DNA of 64,000 nucleotides from Dictyostelium discoideum (Eukaryota): NCBI GenBank assembly GCA_000004695.1, contig CM000151.3, positions 2,848,001 to 2,912,000 of the forward strand, read 5' to 3'. Shown piece by piece: positions 39,233 to 64,000 of this stretch (position 1 is its first letter; each line of letters starts with the position of its first letter). The notes under the pieces were generated by a model. It saw only the letters and a program-made list of their open reading frames with translations, ran no database searches and was not told where the DNA came from. The position numbers and the translations under genes were made by a program.

Positions 39233-39424
39233 TTATTTTTGTTCAATACCAAATTCAATATTACAACTTTCTTGGCATTTACCAACAACTACATCACAAA
39301 GAAATTGATCCTTTCCACAGTATCTAGTATTCTTTTTGAAGCAATTTGCATAACATTCATTCACATTACCAAGGGAAAAACTTATTGTTATTATAATAAT
39401 AATAATTACAATCAAGATATTCAT
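39233..39424 (-). CDS. Small secreted six-Cys peptide (63 aa), intronless paralog
   Basis: MNILIVIIIIIITISFSLGNVNE then CYANCFKKNTRYCGKDQFLCDVVVGKCQESCNIEFGIEQK. It has a signal peptide plus C-x3-C-x7-C-x6-C-x5-C-x3-C. Confidence 0.55.
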   Translation of the reverse strand: MNILIVIIIIIITISFSLGNVNECYANCFKKNTRYCGKDQFLCDVVVGKCQESCNIEFGIEQK

Positions 39425-39646
39425 TTTGTTCTACAATTATAAAATTTTGTTGAGAAAATAAAAAAAAAAAAAAATAAATGAAAATAATTAATATTTTAAA
39501 ACGTTATTATAAATAATACCACATTATCCATACCATTTTTTATAGTATACTATTATTTTTTTAATTTTACTGTTAATTTTAAATTTATAATTATTAAATA
39601 AAAAAATAAAAAAAAAAACTTTGTTTTTATAGTGATAAAATTAAAG

Positions 39647-39683
<37 letters not shown>

Positions 39684-40074
39684 AAATTAAAAATATATTT
39701 GTTTTTTCATTAAAATGAATTTAAAGAAAAAAAGCTACCCTAAATTCTACTTTAATCATCATCACATATGAAATAAATCATTATCTAAAAGATTCAAGTA
39801 TGGGTATATATAAAAATTTTAATATACTTACTTTTTGATTATTTATTATTTTTTTTTTATAATAAAAAATATGTCTATTAGATTATTTTATTTTATTTTA
39901 TTTTATTTTTTTAGTATCAATATTATTATTATTATTACTATTTGTTTTTATTATTTTTTTTTTTGTTTTTTATTTTTTTTTTTTTTATTTTTTTTTATTT
40001 ATTCATTTTCCAAATTGTCAATGTTTCATTCACACTAATTTTTTTATTTTTAATATTTTATTATTTTAATTTTA

Positions 40075-40174
40075 NNNNNNNNNNNNNNNNNNNNNNNNNN
40101 NNNNNNNNNNNNNNNNNNNNNNNNNNNNNNNNNNNNNNNNNNNNNNNNNNNNNNNNNNNNNNNNNNNNNNNNNN
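40075..40174. other. Assembly gap (100 N)
   Basis: Run of exactly 100 n characters. Its true size is unknown. Confidence 0.99.
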
Positions 40175-41560
40175 TTTTTTTTTTTTTTCCTAAAAACCAA
40201 AAAAATAACCAAATAAATATTATTAGTATGGAGATGACTTTTTTATTTTTAAAAAAATAAAAGTAAAAAAAAGTTATCGGTCCATTTGTATTTTTTTTTT
40301 TTTTTTATTCATTTTTTCTTTTTTTTTAAATTTAACTGTTTGCCTCATTATTTATAATAATAATAATGATTATTAATGATTTTAAAATTTTTATTTTTTG
40401 TAGTTTATTTATTATGTTACCCCCTTTTTAATTTTTAATTTTACTTTTTATTTTTACTTTTTTACTTTATAAAATTTTTTATTTTTTTTAAATTTTTAAA
40501 AATATTAACTAGGTAATTTTATTTGTAAATAATAATAATAATAATTTTGTATTAAAATAATTAATTATGTATTTTGATAAACAAAATGATGTTTCCCTTG
40601 GTATGACCTTTTTGTTTATATTCTAATTTTTGTTAATCATTTAAGGTTTCAATAGGGTGAATCTTTTATTATATTTTCTATTGTTCTAGAAGGTTTACTT
40701 TAATACTTGCTTTTGGGCAGATATTTTAAGTGATAATGGTATAGTTTTTTTAGTTTGTAGCTCTTTACTCCTTTGTTGTTGTTTAGTGTAACTTTATTTT
40801 TATTTTTATTTTTATAAATATTATTTATAATAATAAAATTATAATTTTTTTAAAAACTATTATCATCAACAGTCATACAATTTCCATAGCAGTTAAACAA
40901 GTAAAAATAATTTATAAATCACTCTAATCATTAACATAAAATAGTTAAAATAATAATAATAATAAAAATAATTATATATAATGATTATATATAATGATAA
41001 AAGTTCCTTGTTTTTTTTTTTTTTTTTTTCAAAAATCAAAAATGTAAATAATTTAAAACTTTAAAATCTTTGTTTTAATTAAAACAATATTTTTCCTTGG
41101 TTTTATAATTATTAATGTTTTTTTTCCTTTTAATAAATAAAATAAAATAAAAAATAAAAATAAAAAATAAAAATAAAAAATCTCCTTAAAATTTTTATAC
41201 TTCTTAAATAATTAATTAATTATTTATAAAAAATAAATTGGATTTATTGGACATACAAAGGTTTTTTTTGTTGTTTTTTTTTATTTTTTTTAGGGGGTGA
41301 CATAGAATTTCATTAATTTATTTCATCAATATTTTATCAACTACAGCAACAAGCATTGATGAGATAATAAATCAAATAAAAAAATAAAACTATTTAATTT
41401 ATTTTTTTCCTATAATCTTTAATGAAAATACTTGTTTAAAATAACCTTTGTTCCACCTTCAAAGTTTTCCATTAATACGAATATTTCAGGTTTTTTTTTT
41501 TTTTTTTTTTTTTTATTATTTTAAATAACCCAACCATATCTTTTTTCTATTTTTATAATT

Positions 41561-41593
<33 letters not shown>

Positions 41594-42076
41594 TAAAGAT
41601 TAAATTTAAATCTAAAAACTGGGTGTTATTTTATTTGTCAGTTGTTACTTTATCTTATTATATGTGGGAAAAAATGTCTCCCGTGATGATTTTTATCGTT
41701 TACAAGCAAAACTAGTATTAACTATTTTTTGTAAAACCTCAAAGATGAACAATCAAGTTTTTTTTTTTTTTGTAGTGCACTCAAAATGGGAAACAATTTA
41801 TAAAAAAAATTTGTTTAGAAAAACAATTAAAAAAAAATAAAAAAAATCATAAATTAATAACAAATAAAAAAAAATGATAAAAAAAAAAGGGGTTAAAAAT
41901 AGAATTAATTCTTTTTTTTTTCATTATTTATTATAATAAATCAATATTGATTATTTTATTTTTTTTATTTTTGAAAATCAAAAAAAAAAAAAAGAAAAAA
42001 AAGATACCAAAATGACAAATTTGTCCGAGTCAATATCAAAATATATTTTACAAACTAAAAAAAATCATTTTTTATC

Positions 42077-42196
42077 CAATTTTAACAGATCCAAAACAAA
42101 ATAACTATAGGTGTATAATTGAACCTGAATTTTATTCTGAATTTTAGGTTTAATTAAACCTCTACTATTATTTTGTTTTGTATCTGTTAAAAATGG
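42077..42196. repeat. Long inverted repeat / hairpin (about 33-bp arms, about 47-nt spacer)
   Basis: The left arm is ccaattttaacagatccaaaacaaaataactatagg (42077-42111). The reverse complement of the right arm (42159-42196) is ccatttttaacagatacaaaacaaaataatagtagagg. About 30 of 34 positions pair. This is an unusually long, almost perfect palindrome for an intergenic region. Confidence 0.7.
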
Positions 42197-42720
42197 AAAA
42201 AAAATGAATATTTGAGTTTCTAAAATATATCTTTGAATTTCTCCTTTTAATCTAGATTTGATTTTTTTTTTTTTTTTTTTCCTTTTCAGAATTAATTCTT
42301 TCTACTTCACTTTAATAATAAATTTAAAAACATTAAAATTTAATTATTATACAATTATTAAAAAAAAAAAAAAAAAAAAAAATTACCTTTTTAAAACCCA
42401 TTGAAATTGTTGCAGTGATTATATAATGCTTGATATGGTTGAAATGGATTGGTCCATCCATTTCCTGTTGACTGGTTGTTGAGGTTTGATCGATTAAAAA
42501 AAAAAAAAAAATATGATTTAGTCAATCAAATAACAAAGAAAAATGATTAAAGTGAATAAAAAAAAAAAAAAAAGTTAAATAATTACCTATAAAAATTAAC
42601 AGCGGGTCTGTCAATAATGGTAATGTTCAGATCTGAATTCAATTTAATTTTTTTATTTTTTTTAATTTTATTTTTTTTTTTTTTTTTTATTTCAATTTTT
42701 TTTAATTTTTTTTTTTTTTT

Positions 42721-42768
<48 letters not shown>

Positions 42769-42794
42769 CAAAAAACTACCAAATTTCAAACAAA

Positions 42795-43352
42795 ATGATA
42801 TACAACATATATATATTTAATAAAGACGGAACATGTATATATTATGAAGATTGGAATAAAAAAAAACAGTCTCAAAATCAATCAGAGGATCAAAAATTAT
42901 TGTTTGGTATGCTTTATTCCTTAAAAGCATTTATTACTTCATCATCACCAAAAAAGTATGTTTTTTTTTTTTTACTCCTATTTATATTTACATTTATAAA
43001 AAAAAAAAAAATACCACAAATTCTGGTATAAAAAAAATTAATTATAATGACTAATAATCTTTTTTTTTTTTTTTTTCCTTTTAGAATTGACGATAAAACA
43101 GGATTTCATTGTTATAAAACATCAACTTATAAATTACATTATTATGAAACATTATCATGTATTAAATTTATAATAATGTCTGACCCAAATGTCCCTGACC
43201 TTAGAGATGATTTAAAAAAGATATACAGTCAAATTTTTGTAGAATATGTTATAAAGAATCCAATCTATAAACATGGTACAACAGTAAAATGTGATACTTT
43301 CATTAATCAGTTAAATTTATATTTAAAACAAATGCCTTCTTTTTCAAGTTAA
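42795..43352 (+). CDS. trappc1: TRAPP complex subunit 1 (Bet5/TRAPPC1), 142 aa; 2 exons (42795..42955 and 43085..43352)
   Basis: Exon 1 MIYNIYIFNKDGTCIYYEDWNKKKQ..LLFGMLYSLKAFITSSSPKK matches human TRAPPC1 [39 protein letters not shown]. The donor is GTATGT after 42955 (phase 2) and the acceptor ccttttag at 43083-43084. Exon 2 IDDKTGFHCYKTSTYKLHYYETLSCIKFIIMSD..IYSQIFVEYVIKNPIY matches FLAFQTSRYKLHYYETPTGIKVVMNTD..IYSALYVELVVKNPL. Confidence 0.88.
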
Positions 43353-43832
43353 AAAAAAGAAGAAAAAAAAAGAAAAAAAAAAAAAAGATTAACAGGTTTC
43401 AATAAAATGTAATATAATATATTTCACCATTTATAATAAAAATTATAAAGTAAATTAATAAATCTAGGGACCTTAATTCTAAATCTAATAAATATTTAAT
43501 TAACAATAAAAAAAAAAAAAAAATAATAATAATAATAATCATTTAATTAAATTTTAAACTATTTATAAATAATAATAAAATAATGTAATATATTTAGTTT
43601 TTAAATATAAAAATTATTTATTTAAAAATAAAATAAAATAAAATAAAAATTATTTAAAATCTATTTCAATTGGAGTATACGAAAAACTATAATGTAATAA
43701 TATCGATATTATTACATGTATTTATTTTTTTTTATTTTTTTTTTTTATAAAAATAATGTCAATTTGACATAATAAATATAAAGTATAAATAAATTTAAGC
43801 TGTGTTTGGGTTGTTGTTATTATCATTGATCT

Positions 43833-43922
<90 letters not shown>

Positions 43923-43954
43923 TTAAATGTTAGTAAATTGGATGATATTGTTTT

Positions 43955-45160
43955 TTAAAAAAAAAAAAAAAAGAAAATGATAATTACTTTGTAGAAGAAA
44001 TCACTAACCAAACCAGTACCCATATTCTTAATTGCAGTAGCAGAGTATTTCTATAATAATAATAGTAATAATAAAGAAAAATTAATTTTATTAGTTCCAG
44101 GTTTTTTTTTTTTTTTTTTTTTACCATACAAAAAAAAATAATAATTATAATAATAATAATAAAACTTACTTGGAATTTACTTGGAATCTTATTTAATGAA
44201 ACACAATTTTTTCCACTTTTATCAACACCAGCCCATGCTAAAAAGAATTTTAATTGACAACCTACACCTTCATCACATCTCATATCATCGAATTTGGTTG
44301 CACATTGATTATCGATACAGGAATCACAATTTTTACAAATTGAAGTATCTCTATCACCATCCCAAACTGCATCCACAATGGCACCATTATCAAGTTGGAA
44401 AATGATAGTGAAATAGCTGACAAATGTTCTTGTACTAAATTCAAAGATATGTTTTGGTGGCAAAATGATTGGTTCCAAAACTGTTGAATTATAATTTTCT
44501 ACTTTTTGGTAGGTTGCTGTGGTTATGTCTGTCACGTTTTGGCATGCTTTATCTGTACTAACAACGACTGAACCATTTGTAAGAGTTTCTTGACATGGTA
44601 CATCAACAAGTCTACTTGTGAAAGATGTTACATTTTTAGAATATGGAATCTCTGCCCAAACTGTATAACCTTCTACTTCTCTATTTTTAAAAACGTTTCT
44701 ATTTTTATTTGTTTCATTTAAATATTGAATAAGTCCATTTGCTTTATGTATTTTAAAACAAATAAATAAAATTAGTATATATTAAATTATAAAAAATTTT
44801 AAAATTAATTTTTTATTTTTTTCAATACTTACCACTGAATTTAATAGTTGAAAATTCGTCGACTCTTGGATGAAAATCAGCAGTTGCTTCGAAACCAGAT
44901 TGATTATTTCTAATGTGGAATCTAATGAATGACCAATCATATCTATTGTATCTGTGGTCTGTCCATGAGGAATTTGATAAATCTTTTGTATTCATAAAAT
45001 TTTGATCTCCTATATTAACGACATTTGGTGAACCAAGGAGCATTGTACCATTTTCAACGTACCCAAGTTGTAAATCTGGTCCTCTAACAATCTGACCATT
45101 TATTAAATTTATGAAAAATATTATTTGAATTATTATGAAAATTGAATATATGAATTTCAT
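43955..45160 (-). CDS. Secreted glycoprotein, paralog of 24889..25953; 3 exons (44833..45160; 44170..44741; 43955..44050)
   Basis: Exon 1 is [43 protein letters not shown], ending in phase 1 at a GTAAGT donor. An acceptor cataaag (AG at 44742-44743) opens exon 2, (A)[81 protein letters not shown], which ends at a GTAAGT donor after 44170. An acceptor attatag (AG at 44051-44052) opens exon 3, [22 protein letters not shown].., matching the paralog's EYSATSIKKIGTGLLTDFLYRV. The stop lies about 43955. That 3' end is uncertain because the tail is encoded by a T run. Confidence 0.6.
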
Positions 45161-45303
45161 TTTTTTTTTTTTTTTTTTTTTATTTATTTATTTATTTATT
45201 TATTAATTTATTTTTTTATTTATTTTTTATTTAATTTGTGGTAAAAATGTTGGAATATTAATTTTTTATTTGGTTTACTAAATCTGTGTGATTATTTGTG
45301 TGA

Positions 45304-45358
<55 letters not shown>

Positions 45359-46664
45359 ATTTGGTTATTTTGTTTTTAGATTTTAGATTTTTATATAAAA
45401 TATTATAAATTCTATAAATTTTATTAAATCGAATTAAAATATCTAAAAATATAAATAATTATTATAATTATACAGGTAATAAAAGATATCGAGAATTGTT
45501 ATACTGGTCTTTAAAAATTTTTGGTCTGGTGTGAGTTTTTTTTCTCTGGCCTAAATATTTTTTTTTTTTTTTTCTCTGGCCTAAATATTTTTTAAAAAAA
45601 AAAAATTAAAAAAATTAAAAAAAAATAAAATTAAAAAAAAAAAAAGTCGTTAACTGGTTTAAAAGAATTTGTTTGTTATTTGCAACGTCGTTATTAACTA
45701 AAAACAAATCGATAGAAACCATGACATGATGTGATTACCCTATTTTATTTTATTTTTTTTTATTTTTTTTTATTTTTTTTTATTTTTTTTTTTATTTTTT
45801 TTTATTTTTTTTTATTTTTTTTATTTTTTTTTATTCAAAGTGATCAAATATAAAATTGACATTTTTTTTTTTATTTTTTTTATTTTTTTTTTTTATATTA
45901 TTTTTTTTTTTTTTTTAATGTATTGATAGAAAATGATTAAAAAAAAAAAAAAAAAAATTAAAAAACTAAAATAAAATGAGAAAAGTATCATATAAATACT
46001 TTGAAAATCATAAACAATCAAACCTATTCAATTGTCTAACGTTTTACTATCAAATGATTCAAACTCCTGATAGATCAATATTTAAACTTGCTACCTCATG
46101 GAATTTGATTTCCAATTCCATAAAACAATAAAAAAGAAAATAGCCATTTTTTTTTATAATTAAAAATAATTTTCTTAATTATCTATATCTATAGGTCGTT
46201 GATAATATCTACTCATATCATTTTTTTAAATTTACCTAATTATGTGGGCCTCTATAAAATGTTTTTTCATTTTTTGACCCAAAAAGAAAAAAAAAAAATA
46301 ATAAAAAATTAATCAGTTTCTATTAGAGATACTAGTTTGATGGGGTATTATTATTATAATTTTTTTTATTTCTCAGTTTAGTTGTTAAATTTTTTTTTTT
46401 TTACCTATTTTAAAATAATTAAATAAAAAAAAAAAAAAAAAAAATTAAGTGAGCCATAAATCATTTTAAAAAAAATTATTCAAAATTAATAATTATTAAA
46501 AAAAGAGTGGTTAACTAATAAAGTATGAAAAATCGTTTATTTTTTTTTTTTATTTTTTTTTTATTTTTTAATTTTTTTTATTAATATACAGATAATTTCG
46601 AATACTGATTAAAACCTTAATATTTGGATTTTTTTTTTTTTATTAATTTAAATAGTTTATTTAT

Positions 46665-46695
<31 letters not shown>

Positions 46696-46717
46696 GATTA
46701 AATTATTTATAAATAAT

Positions 46718-63917
<17,200 letters not shown>

Positions 63918-64000
63918 ATTAGTGTGCAAATTTTTTACTTTTTTTTTTTTTTTTCTTTTTTTTTTTTTTTTTCTTTTTTTTTTTCTCTTTTTTTTTTTTT

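Noticed and set aside
40561-40830. Moderately GC-richer stretch with an ATGATG motif after the assembly gap
   Set aside because: It has no D box (CTGA) at the right spacing, no convincing paired termini and no coding frame. There is not enough to call an ncRNA.

Overview
This window reads as Dictyostelium discoideum-type nuclear DNA. It is extremely AT-rich, full of poly-N/poly-Q codon microsatellites, and has short AT-rich GT..AG introns, long homopolymer runs and one 100-nt N gap (40075-40174). The ORF track marks alternative start codons (TTG/GTG/CTG) as M. I therefore rebuilt gene models by hand-translating splice junctions. Recognisable genes: an intronless Hsc70; a 3-exon Dcp2 decapping enzyme (Box A plus Nudix, Q/N-rich tail); a 2-exon Skp1 with Ala39; a 3-exon Rad51; a Cbl-like E3 with TKB domain and C-terminal RING; a psi-family PA14/Cys-repeat membrane protein whose signal peptide sits on a tiny 5' exon; a 2-exon importin-alpha with IBB domain; two tandem SMYD paralogs; and a 2-exon TRAPPC1/Bet5. 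Less certain calls: a mitochondrial thioredoxin-fold (ATP10-like?) gene, two paralogous secreted glycoproteins, two paralogous 63-aa secreted six-Cys peptides, and several hypothetical genes. Most notable is a giant 4-exon minus-strand gene (46718-63917, about 5,636 aa). It has three consecutive dynein/midasin/RNF213-type AAA_5 modules and a C-terminal Cys/His cluster. It is not midasin; it is a candidate RNF213-like or novel giant ATPase. Other notable items: an N-rich gene carrying a Harbinger (HARBI1-like) transposase-derived HTH plus DDE-nuclease core without TIRs; a tandem pair of box C/D snoRNA candidates at 5.8-6.2 kb; two homologous hairpin elements at 10.5 and 11.2 kb; a 33-bp-arm inverted repeat at 42.1 kb; and a duplicated GC-richer 130-bp element at 30.6-31.0 kb. 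No tRNA, rRNA, CRISPR or intact transposon was found.
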